A DNA stretch of 38,587 nt from Phycisphaerales bacterium (GTDB lineage: Bacteria > Planctomycetota > Phycisphaerae > Phycisphaerales > SM1A02): positions 1-38,587 of the forward strand of contig JAKVBR010000002.1 in assembly GCA_022447165.1 (NCBI GenBank), read 5' to 3'. Numbering within the stretch: position 1 is the first letter of the stretch; the number at the start of each line of letters is the position of its first letter. A program made the position numbers and the translations under genes. Shown here one piece after another: positions 18,189 to 26,894 of this stretch. The notes below the pieces were generated by a model. It was given only the letters and a program-made list of their open reading frames with translations. It was not told where the DNA came from and did not search any database.

Positions 18189-19070
18189 TTAATGGGTCAA
18201 AAAGATGTCGATGGAGCGGTTTTGGCCGTCAAGAATCCAGATTCGGTCTTCGCCGATGATAGGTGGACCTTGGCGAGTTGAGCCATCGTCTTGGAGTTGA
18301 TTTTGTCCAAGTGAACCGTGATTTTGGGATGGCGTGAGTGGGTCGCACTGCTCACCCTCAATGAGTTTGTTCAGAATTGGGTTTCGATCACTCAAAAGGA
18401 TGATGACGCGCCCGCGCTTCTGGAGGTTATCCCAAAGTTCTTTGGATTGTGTTTGGTAACTAAACCCACTCTCTTCGCCCCCATGGCCTGGGCAATTGAG
18501 ATGGTTTTGGTCGCAGTATCCGAGATTGACGAGTGCATCTTCGTCTGTTCGGTGTGGCATGAATCCGCTAAACATCGATGCAAGATTGTCTGCTTCTTCG
18601 GTTGGCATGGCGCCGTTGTGGTCTTGCGCGAAGTTAAAGAGCCCCTGCCCGACCATCGCCATGTTTTGAGCGCACTGATTACTGATTGAGCGAGCTCTTG
18701 CGTTTCGACCAACCATGATAAAGACAGACGCCACAATCAAAAGGACTGCGGCGACGCTGACAAAATCTGGAATGCGGATTCTAAACCCGCCAGTTAATGG
18801 TTCAATGTCATTGGTTGTAATGGACATGCGTTCTGCTTGCTTTGTGTCATATTGATTGATGCGTGCAAGCGTTGCGTCAATAAGTGTGTCTGAGGCATCT
18901 TCAACTGGGTATGCGTTTAACAGTCCAAGCGTTTGCAACACTGATGTTGCGCGTTGTTGTTCTTCGTCTGTGAGTTCACCTAGTGCTTCGAGATCAAAAC
19001 CAGCATCAGACAGTCGGTCGACCATCAATGCATCTTCTTCTGAAAGTCCTAAGTGTTCAAACTCTGTCAT
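18189..19070 (-). CDS. Putative membrane anti-sigma factor with a DUF1559 / H-X9-DG (pseudopilin-like) extracytoplasmic domain
   Basis: It starts 2 nt after the ECF sigma stop, at ATG 19070. It has an acidic cytoplasmic N-domain and one TM helix, 'FVSVAAVLLIVASVFIMV'. Next comes 'RARSISNQCAQNMAMVGQGLFNFAQDHNGAMP', which resembles the post-helix segment of DUF1559 pseudopilins. The C-terminal 'NHGSLGQNQLQDDGS' resembles the H-X9-DG motif. The anti-sigma role is inferred from position only. Confidence 0.55.
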   Translation of the reverse strand: MTEFEHLGLSEEDALMVDRLSDAGFDLEALGELTDEEQQRATSVLQTLGLLNAYPVEDASDTLIDATLARINQYDTKQAERMSITTNDIEPLTGGFRIRIPDFVSVAAVLLIVASVFIMVGRNARARSISNQCAQNMAMVGQGLFNFAQDHNGAMPTEEADNLASMFSGFMPHRTDEDALVNLGYCDQNHLNCPGHGGEESGFSYQTQSKELWDNLQKRGRVIILLSDRNPILNKLIEGEQCDPLTPSQNHGSLGQNQLQDDGSTRQGPPIIGEDRIWILDGQNRSIDIFLTH

Positions 19071-19072
19071 CG

Positions 19073-19678
19073 TTACTGCTCTTCCTGTGAACTTTGCCAC
19101 GCATTTCGAAATGCTGCTACTGCAGCATGCAACCGACTTTTAACTGTGCCAAGTGGAATTTCAAGAGAATCTGAAATTTGAACGTAACTCATTTGTTGGA
19201 AGTAATTCAACAACAGAATCTCCCGCAAATGAGTTGGGAGTTCATCGACAGCTTTGCGTACATCATTGATTTGCTCGCTGTTGAGTAGTTCTGCATCTGG
19301 CAACTCCGTATCGCTTTCCATTAAATCTACGAAGCGTGCTGTTTCACCTTCGCCTCCACCAATTTCCTGCGACAGTGACATCACTGTTCGCTTGGAGTGT
19401 TTACGATGCCAGTCCCGCCCTTTGTTCGCTGCAATTGTAAATAACCACGGTTTAAATCGTCTTTTTGGGTCAAAAGTTGCCCCAGAGATGTGAATTTGGA
19501 GAAAAGTTTCCTGAAAAACGTCTTCAGCGGCTGCTTTTGATCCTACAAACCGGATGAGGAAATGGAGCAGTTCGTTCTTGTAGCGGTCCATCAATTCTGG
19601 ATATGCGCTGCCATCACCATCTAAATGAGCCACCAATAGTTCTTCATCTGTACGAATTTCGGCTTCTTGACCACTCAT
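19073..19678 (-). CDS. ECF-type RNA polymerase sigma factor (sigma-70 family, RpoE-like)
   Basis: Region 2 reads 'AAEDVFQETFLQIH...FKPWLFTIAANKGRDWHRK'. Region 4 reads 'LREILLLNYFQQMSYVQISDSLEIPLGTVKSRLHAA'. Confidence 0.85.
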   Translation of the reverse strand: MSGQEAEIRTDEELLVAHLDGDGSAYPELMDRYKNELLHFLIRFVGSKAAAEDVFQETFLQIHISGATFDPKRRFKPWLFTIAANKGRDWHRKHSKRTVMSLSQEIGGGEGETARFVDLMESDTELPDAELLNSEQINDVRKAVDELPTHLREILLLNYFQQMSYVQISDSLEIPLGTVKSRLHAAVAAFRNAWQSSQEEQ

Positions 19679-19704
19679 TGTCTTTACAGACTACGCTATA
19701 TAGG

Positions 19705-20058
19705 ATGCGCCCGCAATCGCTACCTCTTATACTTCCCCTCTTTCTCATGAGTTGTCATTCACCGATTCAATCAAATGAACAAGTACAGTTCTTGTATTTT
19801 GATGGTTGCCCGAATACGCCATTACTGTATGAGCGACTGGTCGAAGCATGCCCAGATGTGCACATCGAACGCATTGATTTAACGACGCTTAGCGATGGCG
19901 ATCCACTGCTTGGATGGGGCGCGCCTACAATTCTTGTTCATGGCAAGGATTTGTGCGGTCTAGAACCAAGCCCTTCAAAGTCAATTTCATGCAGAAACTG
20001 GTCACACGGTCTACCAAGTGTCAGCGACATCAAAAAGAAAGTGAGCGTGATTAAGTGA
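19705..20058 (+). CDS. Small putative lipoprotein with a thioredoxin-like 'YFDGCPN' motif
   Basis: From ATG 19705 the sequence reads MRPQSLPLILPLFLMSC..., a signal peptide plus lipobox-like LMSC. The pattern 'LYFDGCPNTP...GWGAPTILVHGKD' resembles small thioredoxin-fold proteins. Its stop overlaps the start of the next gene (GTGA). Confidence 0.45.
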   Translation: MRPQSLPLILPLFLMSCHSPIQSNEQVQFLYFDGCPNTPLLYERLVEACPDVHIERIDLTTLSDGDPLLGWGAPTILVHGKDLCGLEPSPSKSISCRNWSHGLPSVSDIKKKVSVIK

Positions 20059-20708
20059 CCGGATGGTGGGTGCACGAGTTATGGCAAAACGGTCAAGGGA
20101 CTGAACTTGTTTCGTGGATTTTCTGGGTGATTGCGGCAATCACACTTCACGAACTCGCACACGGTTGGGCTGCCATCTATGAAGGCGATGACACGCCGAT
20201 TACTACTGGACACATGACTGCAAACCCGATTGTGCACATGGGTGTACCATCGATTGTCGTCTTTTTGTTACTTGGCATTGCGTGGGGGCTCATGCCAATT
20301 AATCCGTACCGATTTCGACATGGCAAATGGGGACGCATTCTTGTTGCGGCTGCTGGACCAGTGATGAACTTAGTGCTTGCGTTCATCACGCTGACCATTC
20401 TTGCGTTTGTCATTGATTTGGAAGGCGAACAAACAGATCTCACTATTTTTCTCTTTACGGGCGGGTTTTTAAACCTCGTGCTCTTTGCATTTAATCTGCT
20501 ACCGATTCCGCCCTTAGACGGCTCAGTGATTCTTTCAAACTTGTCGACGACTGTTGCGAGGTGGTATAGCCATCCACAAGCGGGCATCGCAGGGCTCTTG
20601 TTTTTGCTCTTCCTTATTTGGACAAATGCGGCTTCTTTTGCCTTTATGTTCGCTCATCAGGTCGCAGGAGCATATGTAGGAATCTTGTATACGCTGTTTT
20701 CATCGTAG
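20055..20708 (+). CDS. Site-2 protease family (M50) intramembrane zinc metalloprotease, no PDZ domain
   Basis: HExxH motif 'LHELAHGW' in a TM helix and the second signature 'AFNLLPIPPLDGS'. The protein is polytopic and hydrophobic. The GTG start at 20055 is the only in-frame start upstream of the HExxH motif. Confidence 0.8.
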   Translation: MTGWWVHELWQNGQGTELVSWIFWVIAAITLHELAHGWAAIYEGDDTPITTGHMTANPIVHMGVPSIVVFLLLGIAWGLMPINPYRFRHGKWGRILVAAAGPVMNLVLAFITLTILAFVIDLEGEQTDLTIFLFTGGFLNLVLFAFNLLPIPPLDGSVILSNLSTTVARWYSHPQAGIAGLLFLLFLIWTNAASFAFMFAHQVAGAYVGILYTLFSS

Positions 20709-20711
20709 CAT

Positions 20712-20739
20712 TTGCCACGCAGGTCATTTTTGATACAAT
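20712..20739 (+). promoter_or_regulatory. Candidate sigma-70 promoter for rpsP-trmD-rplS
   Basis: TTGCCA at 20712-20717, a 16-nt spacer, then an extended -10 element TGaTACAAT with TACAAT at 20734-20739. It sits ~125 nt upstream of rpsP. This is sequence match only. Confidence 0.35.
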
Positions 20740-20863
20740 ATTCCGTTCGCAAAGTCGCTTTGTGTAGCGTCTCCGCACGGCCCTTGTTGATGGTCTTCAA
20801 CGGCTCTACGGAACGCAGTGGCAAGAATAGCTACGAGCAAAGCCCAACAGAAGGAGTACAACG

Positions 20864-21130
20864 ATGGTTGTATTGCGATTAAAGAGAATGGGTCGACGTC
20901 ATCGACCGTTTTACCGACTAGGTGCAATGGACAAACGTTCACAACGAGACGGTCGAGTCATCGAAGAACTTGGTTGGTACGACCCAATCGCCCCAGAAGA
21001 TAAACAACTCAACTTGAAGCCAGACCGAATTGATTACTGGCTCAGTGTTGGCGCGCAGCCATCAAGGACTGTCGCAAGTTTGCTCAAACGAGCAGACATT
21101 GACCCAACCCCAGGGAAAAAACTCGGGTAA
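20864..21130 (+). CDS. rpsP: 30S ribosomal protein S16
   Basis: 'MVVLRLKRMGRRHRPFYRLGAMDKRSQRDGRVIEELGWYDP' is a canonical S16 sequence. Confidence 0.95.
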   Translation: MVVLRLKRMGRRHRPFYRLGAMDKRSQRDGRVIEELGWYDPIAPEDKQLNLKPDRIDYWLSVGAQPSRTVASLLKRADIDPTPGKKLG

Positions 21131-21162
21131 GGGCGCGACTTTCATAAGTCGCTAAAGGTCCT

Positions 21163-21879
21163 ATGATGCGGATCGACATTTTGACATTATTTCCAGAGAT
21201 GCTTGAAGCGACTTTGGATACGAGCATTGTCAAACGTGCACGAGATGCAGGGCATGTCGAAATCAACACCTTCGACATCAGAGATTGGGCCGAAAACAAA
21301 CACCGAAAGGTCGATGAAAGACCATTTGGTGGTGGACCAGGGATGGTCATGATGTGTCAACCACTCTACGACGCAGTCAAAGCGGTTGAACGACAATCAA
21401 ATATTCCAACTCAGCGTGTGCACTTTACCCCGCAAGGTGAACCGCTCACGCAAGAACGAGTTGAGCAACTTGCAAAGGAGAAACATTTACTTCTCATTGC
21501 AGGTCACTATGAGGGTATCGACGAGCGTGTCATTGAGATGCTTGAACCCCTCGAACTGAGTACAGGTGATTATGTACTCAGTGGTGGAGAACTCCCTGCA
21601 CTGCTTCTTGTTGACGCAGTTGTCAGACTTCTCCCTGGCGTTCTTGGTCATGCAGATTCTGCAGCCGAGGATTCCTTTTCACAGCGGGATGCAGACGGAA
21701 ACCGTGTGCTCGACTGCCCGCACTACACACGTCCTCGTGTTTGGAATGAAATGGAAGTGCCAGAAGTTTTGTTAAGCGGAGACCACGACGCTGTGGACGC
21801 TTGGCGACAAGAGCAATCAAGAAAACGCACAGCGTTGCGAAGACCTGACTTGCTCAAAACAGAGGAAGTTGACCCCTGA
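21163..21879 (+). CDS. trmD: tRNA (guanine37-N1)-methyltransferase
   Basis: '[12 protein letters not shown]', '[11 protein letters not shown]' and '[23 protein letters not shown]' (the SPOUT knot region). It sits between rpsP and rplS. Confidence 0.95.
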   Translation: MMRIDILTLFPEMLEATLDTSIVKRARDAGHVEINTFDIRDWAENKHRKVDERPFGGGPGMVMMCQPLYDAVKAVERQSNIPTQRVHFTPQGEPLTQERVEQLAKEKHLLLIAGHYEGIDERVIEMLEPLELSTGDYVLSGGELPALLLVDAVVRLLPGVLGHADSAAEDSFSQRDADGNRVLDCPHYTRPRVWNEMEVPEVLLSGDHDAVDAWRQEQSRKRTALRRPDLLKTEEVDP

Positions 21880-21938
21880 GCAGATGCTCAAGTCACACCT
21901 GTTGCAACAGCACAGGACTACATGAAAAGGAGTACCAC

Positions 21939-22313
21939 ATGGGTACGCAACAACTCATTGAATCAGTAACACAAGGTCAACTTCGTGAAGAGGGCTTCTT
22001 CCCAGAATTCACGATTGGCGACACAATCAACGTGCACTACACAATTGTCGAAGGCGACAAAGAACGTGTGCAGGTTTTTCAAGGTGTATACATCAGCCGC
22101 AACAATCGCGGCGTCAACGAAACAATCACAGTTAGACGGATTGTTGCCAACGAAGGTGTAGAGCGGATTTTCCCACTTCACTCACCTCGTATTGCTAAAA
22201 TCGAAGTCGTTCGCCGTGGTGATGCACGTAGAGCGAAACTGTACTACTTGCGAGACAGAGTTGGTAAGTCACGTAGACTTCGTGATCAACGACGTGGACT
22301 TAAGAATGCGTAA
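21939..22313 (+). CDS. rplS: 50S ribosomal protein L19
   Basis: '[44 protein letters not shown]...[13 protein letters not shown]' is a canonical L19 sequence. Confidence 0.95.
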   Translation: MGTQQLIESVTQGQLREEGFFPEFTIGDTINVHYTIVEGDKERVQVFQGVYISRNNRGVNETITVRRIVANEGVERIFPLHSPRIAKIEVVRRGDARRAKLYYLRDRVGKSRRLRDQRRGLKNA

Positions 22314-22340
22314 GTTTCAGAACTAAAAAGTATAAAAAAG

Positions 22341-22376
22341 AAAAGAGCACTTCAAATGAAGTGCTCTTTTCTTTTG
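22341..22376. terminator. Bidirectional rho-independent terminator between rplS (+) and the 22403..22660 gene (-)
   Basis: Perfect 13-bp stem AAAAGAGCACTTC / GAAGTGCTCTTTT with loop AAAT. It is followed by CTTTTGT on the + strand and preceded by an A-run, which is a T-run on the - strand. Confidence 0.7.
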
Positions 22377-22402
22377 TCAGGATGGATCAAAATACACTGA
22401 GA

Positions 22403-22660
22403 TTAGCCCGCCTTGCGGTAGGAATCTCGATCTCTGAAAAATGAGCTCGCTGCGGACTTCGGCTTGGCTTTCGCTTTACCATTATCTGCTAGCGGGCTAC
22501 CGATTTTGAACTGAGGTGAGAGTGGGGTCGTCCCCTCCGACGATCCCTGCCATGAGTTTTGCTGTGGCTTGCTTCGTTTTGCACGAGCAGCCTCAATGGA
22601 GCGAGCCATTGCTGCGAGCATAGGTCTTACGTGTTCAGATGCGTTGTGACTTTTATTCAT
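22403..22660 (-). CDS. Hypothetical small basic, low-complexity protein
   Basis: 85 aa from ATG 22660, with a GAGG SD 9 nt upstream. The sequence is 'MNKSHNASEHVRPMLAAMARSIEAARAKRSKPQQ...KAKAKPKSAASSFFRDRDSYRKAG'. It has no recognisable domain. It is followed by the terminator at 22341-22376. Confidence 0.4.
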   Translation of the reverse strand: MNKSHNASEHVRPMLAAMARSIEAARAKRSKPQQNSWQGSSEGTTPLSPQFKIGSPLADNGKAKAKPKSAASSFFRDRDSYRKAG

Positions 22661-22806
22661 GGTGTGTACCTCATATGCCCACAGATGTGGGTAAAAAACT
22701 ATCGACAGCACAACAGGGCGACTTTTGCGGAAGTTGGAAAATTTTTGCGTCCAATAACGACACATGCCCTGTGCATGAGAGATAAGTCCCCCACTTCGAA
22801 ATTCTT

Positions 22807-23646
22807 TCAGGAATCTCGGCGTTGCTCGCGAGCAATCCGCGAAACTTCGTCGTAAATCGTCTCTAGTAGCCCAACCATAGGGAATTTTGCATCCATGGGA
22901 GAGATACCAAGACGGCGAAGTAGTGTGTGCGGCAAGTGAGGTGGCATCGGTGCTCTGTCTGCATCTTTAGGTGAATGAGGCATACGCCAGAAGTCCTCAA
23001 GACACGATTCAAAGGGTGCAAGTTCAGGCAGTTCGTCTTCGCGGATGCTACTGTGGGCTTTGGCTTGACCCTTTGCATCGAGCGTTCTTGCTTGACGCAG
23101 TTTCATCAGCAGGTCGTCTTTATCAGTTCCACGCATTTCAAAATAACGAAGCGGTGTGGCAAGCAAACGTTCAGCAGTGAGGAATAGCGCTGCTGCAGCA
23201 TGTTTGCACGGTTTTTTATCATTGCACGTACATGTCGATTCAATGTCACCGATAAATGGTGATTGCTTACATTCTCTAAGCATTGCTGCAAGTGTTGGCG
23301 GAATTCGCCCTGCGGACAAACGCGCTGCCATTCTGGCTTCAACCGCCATGAGTTTTGCAACCTTCATCCAACCATCTGAAGTGAGCACTGGCACTTTGAT
23401 GGTTAACTTAAATGGCTTTTCTTCGGTGCACTGCACACTCGCTGTGATTTCACCTTCGCTGAGTTTGAGCGTTCTGATTTGGCCATCCATTGCATATGTG
23501 AGCCCTGCAACCATTCGGTCTGGCGAAAAGTTTGCATCGATTGACTCAATCACCCATGACGCTGGTGCATGAAGCCGCAAATCTTCCATTGCGGTTTTAA
23601 GCTTCATGTTCGCTTTGCCCTTCTTTGGAGGAATCACTGGCTTCAT
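22807..23646 (-). CDS. SWIM zinc-finger domain protein (partner of the upstream SNF2 helicase)
   Basis: CxCxnCxH SWIM signature 'CTCNDKKPCKHAAAALF'. The ATG at 23646 forms an ATGA overlap with the helicase stop. Confidence 0.8.
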   Translation of the reverse strand: MKPVIPPKKGKANMKLKTAMEDLRLHAPASWVIESIDANFSPDRMVAGLTYAMDGQIRTLKLSEGEITASVQCTEEKPFKLTIKVPVLTSDGWMKVAKLMAVEARMAARLSAGRIPPTLAAMLRECKQSPFIGDIESTCTCNDKKPCKHAAAALFLTAERLLATPLRYFEMRGTDKDDLLMKLRQARTLDAKGQAKAHSSIREDELPELAPFESCLEDFWRMPHSPKDADRAPMPPHLPHTLLRRLGISPMDAKFPMVGLLETIYDEVSRIAREQRRDS

Positions 23647-26600
23647 GCGTCACTCTCCATTGCGGATTCTCTAAGGACAAGCATTTCTCTTAGTTGTCCA
23701 ACTGACAAGTCTGAAATCCAGTTTTCGCCTGAGCCAACAATGTTCTCAGCGAGTTCCATCTTCTGTTCAATCATTTGGTCAATGCGTTCTTCAAGCGTTC
23801 CTGTACAGACAAATTTGTGCACTTGAACAGTTCGTTTCTGTCCAATCCTAAACGCCCTGTCAGTCGCTTGATTTTCAATCGCTGGGTTCCACCATCTGTC
23901 AAAGTGGAATACGTGGTTTGCCGCAGTGAGGTTAAGACCAACGCCACCTGCTTTGAGCGAAAGAATAAACACTGGAACATTTCCATCTTCCGCTTGGAAG
24001 CGATCGATGAATTGTTGTCTTCGCTTTGGCGGCGTTCCTCCATGCAAGAAAAGCGTCTCGCAATCGAGGTCATGTTGAATCATTGCAGAAAGTAATCGAC
24101 CCATTTCTCTGAACTGCGTAAAGACGAGTGCTTTTTCACCCGTTGCAACAACTTCTTCAAGCAGTGACATGAGTCGCTGCGCTTTACCTGATCGTGAGGA
24201 CTGTAATCCAAGCGCCCCAGTGTCTTTTTGCGTGACACCGTCTTGGTGACCTGCTTGGCTGTAATGTGCTGGATGGTTGCAAATCTGTTTGAGTTTCACA
24301 AGTGTTGAGAGCACAAGTCCGCGGCGCTGGATACCTTCGGAACGTTCCACTTCGCTCATCATTCGATTCACAACTTGCTCGTACATGCCCGCCTGCTCTT
24401 TTGTGAGGTTGGCATACTCTTTCGTTTGTACGCATTCAGGCAAGTCATCAATCACGGTTGCGTCCGTTTTCAATCGACGCAAAACAAATGGCTGAATCAT
24501 GTTTCGGAGTTGTTCAGTTTTACGCGGGTCGCGACGTTGTTCAATTGGTCTTGCAACAGTTCGCTTGAATGTCGCAGCAGGACCAAGGTAACCCGGATTC
24601 AAGAATTCCATGATGGACCACAATTCTACGAGTCGATTTTCGACTGGAGTACCAGTGAGTGCCACACGGTGCCACGCTTGCAACGCACGAATCGCTTGCG
24701 CCTGTTTTGTTGGTGGATTTTTAATGTACTGCGCTTCATCAAGTGCAACGCGGTACCACGACACTTTGCCGAGCGTTTCGCGGTCACGGTGCACAAGACC
24801 ATACGTTGTGATGACAACATCTGCGTCTGCAACAATATCTGCGAATTCATCGCCAAGTGGGCGCTCTGAACCATGCTGGACATGGACTGTCAATTCTGGG
24901 GCAAACTTATCGATTTCTCTGACCCAGTTGCCGACAACCGATGTTGGGACGACCAAAAGCGTAGGCCCAATGACATGTGGGCTTTCAAGGCGTTCATGTT
25001 GCATGAGTACGATGAGTTGAATTGTTTTACCGAGACCCATGTCGTCAGCAAGACAAGAGCCAATGCCAAACTTCGATAAGAATGCGAGCCATCTGAGACC
25101 TGTTAACTGGTAAGGACGCAGTTGTCCTTCGAAGTTTGGTGGTTGAGCAATGTCAGGAAGTGATTCACTGTCAGTTGTTGACTCGATGAGCTCCTTCACC
25201 CAGCCCGTTGCAGTCATTCCTCCAATTGTGAGCGTTTTGAGCGCGTCACTGTCGCCTTGTGCTAATCGAAGCGCTTCAACAAGCGACATGTTTGTGACAT
25301 CACCATCTGCAAACAGTTTCTTTGCTTCTTCAATAGCGCCCTTTTGAAGATGTACCCATTGCCCATTCACTTTGACAAGTGGTTTTTTCTGTTTGAGAAG
25401 CTGCTCAAACTCTTCGCGCGTTAAGAGGTGCCCACCAATTGAAACTTTCCATTGGCACTCAACAATTGCGTTAAGTCCAAGCATCGCTGAAGAAGAGATA
25501 TTGCCCTCAGGCCGTTCACTAAGCACTGATTCAAGTGAAGGGGAGTCAATGTGCAACGTCGCTGAAAGTGTACTTTGTTCGCTTCCCCACCATGATGGCG
25601 CGCTGACAATGAATCCCGACTCTTCAAGCAGTGGCATGTATTCAACAAGGAACATGTGCGCTTCTGAACTGGTCAGTTCTAAGTGCGTTGGTGCTTGTTC
25701 TGCGAGCGCTTTTTCGAGTTTAGGATAAAGCGTAGCCGCTCTATCAATTTCCGTAAGAATCAAATCTGGAAGATGGTCACCTTGACCGCCATCTCCAACT
25801 GTTCCGTTCCAAACATCTTCTGCTAGAACTTCCCTTGAAGAATCTTCCGCTGAACGCAAACCAAAGACAAGTTTCCAAATTTCATCTTCTTCTGGTTCAT
25901 GGATATCAAGCATGAGACGCCATGAAAGGTCATCGCCGATATCGTATAGACGGCCAAGCCAGCGCCTCGCGTCTGTGAAAATGCCAAGCAATCTGTCTGG
26001 TTTGCCTGCAACGTCATATTGCGATGCAAGCAGTGCCCCGAGCCATGCAACGTGTGCGTCGGTGTTTGCGTCCCAATCTTCTACTGCATCAATGAAATCG
26101 TCACTGATGAGGATTTCCCGAACGAGTCCATCAGCCATATCTTCTATTGCTGCTTCAAGAAGCGCTCTGCCGTTTGTTTCAGTTGCTCGCGCGATTGGCG
26201 GCATCGATTGAAGAAGTAGCCCAAACCGATTGACGACTTCTTCGTCGTGAAGCCATGGCGTCCACTTTGCAGTGAGATGTTTTCGATCAACCTGCATGAG
26301 CGTCGGTACAAATCGTTGGTCGATGAGGAGGTCACGCGATAGCCGTGATGCACTTGTCCAAAAACGAACAGACGAGCCGCGTTCAAACAGCTCATCGTTT
26401 TCATGACTGGCGAGTTGTTCTAAAAGCCGAGTTGCGACTGCAGGTGCAACTTTTAAACTTGGAACTTTGAAATCGCCCAGATGAGGATCGGTCTTCGGTT
26501 CGTAATCTCCGACAATGCTAATCAGACGGTCACTTGGCCACGGTCCAAGCAAATCATGCGGCAAACTTAAACTAAAAGAAGATTCTTCAGCGTTGCATTC

Positions 26601-26801
26601 GATTCCTGCCTCGACGAGTGATGTACGTAACGTTGAAGCATCAAGTGCAAATGGATGCACTTCTGCTTCTTGAGCAACTGCAACTGCTTGACCGTTTGTG
26701 TTTTCTTCTCTCCCTCTTGTGGTTAGACCTGCAAAGGTCTCAAGAGATTCACCCCATAAATGAAGATTGCCAGCCGTCCAGTTGGCATGAATTACGAACA
26801 T
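23643..26801 (-). CDS. SNF2/RAD54 family helicase-like ATPase with a ~560-aa N-terminal uncharacterised region
   Basis: Motif I 'LADDMGLGKTIQ', motif II 'ALDEAQYIKN', motif III 'LTGTPVENR', motif VI region 'FDRWWNPAIENQATDRAFRIGQ'. The track ORF (to 26906) reads through a tRNA gene. I trimmed it to the ATG at 26801, which has a GGAGG SD 5 nt upstream. Confidence 0.9.
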   Translation of the reverse strand: MFVIHANWTAGNLHLWGESLETFAGLTTRGREENTNGQAVAVAQEAEVHPFALDASTLRTSLVEAGIECNAEESSFSLSLPHDLLGPWPSDRLISIVGDYEPKTDPHLGDFKVPSLKVAPAVATRLLEQLASHENDELFERGSSVRFWTSASRLSRDLLIDQRFVPTLMQVDRKHLTAKWTPWLHDEEVVNRFGLLLQSMPPIARATETNGRALLEAAIEDMADGLVREILISDDFIDAVEDWDANTDAHVAWLGALLASQYDVAGKPDRLLGIFTDARRWLGRLYDIGDDLSWRLMLDIHEPEEDEIWKLVFGLRSAEDSSREVLAEDVWNGTVGDGGQGDHLPDLILTEIDRAATLYPKLEKALAEQAPTHLELTSSEAHMFLVEYMPLLEESGFIVSAPSWWGSEQSTLSATLHIDSPSLESVLSERPEGNISSSAMLGLNAIVECQWKVSIGGHLLTREEFEQLLKQKKPLVKVNGQWVHLQKGAIEEAKKLFADGDVTNMSLVEALRLAQGDSDALKTLTIGGMTATGWVKELIESTTDSESLPDIAQPPNFEGQLRPYQLTGLRWLAFLSKFGIGSCLADDMGLGKTIQLIVLMQHERLESPHVIGPTLLVVPTSVVGNWVREIDKFAPELTVHVQHGSERPLGDEFADIVADADVVITTYGLVHRDRETLGKVSWYRVALDEAQYIKNPPTKQAQAIRALQAWHRVALTGTPVENRLVELWSIMEFLNPGYLGPAATFKRTVARPIEQRRDPRKTEQLRNMIQPFVLRRLKTDATVIDDLPECVQTKEYANLTKEQAGMYEQVVNRMMSEVERSEGIQRRGLVLSTLVKLKQICNHPAHYSQAGHQDGVTQKDTGALGLQSSRSGKAQRLMSLLEEVVATGEKALVFTQFREMGRLLSAMIQHDLDCETLFLHGGTPPKRRQQFIDRFQAEDGNVPVFILSLKAGGVGLNLTAANHVFHFDRWWNPAIENQATDRAFRIGQKRTVQVHKFVCTGTLEERIDQMIEQKMELAENIVGSGENWISDLSVGQLREMLVLRESAMESDA

Positions 26802-26821
26802 TGAACCTCCGTGTACATGAA

Positions 26822-26894
26822 TGATCGCGTTGGGACTCGAACCCAAGACCGCCTGATTAAAAGTCAGGTGCTCTACCAACTGAGCTACGCGACC
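26822..26894 (-). tRNA. tRNA-Lys (anticodon UUU)
   Basis: I folded the cloverleaf by hand from the reverse complement: GGTCGCG-TA-GCTC-AGTTGGTA-GAGC-A-CCTGA-CTTTTAA-TCAGG-CGGTC-TTGGG-TTCGAGT-CCCAA-CGCGATC-A. It is 73 nt long and CCA is not encoded. 'GRVAQLVEHLTFNQAVLGSSPN' in the ORF track is the typical tRNA read-through artefact. Confidence 0.95.
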
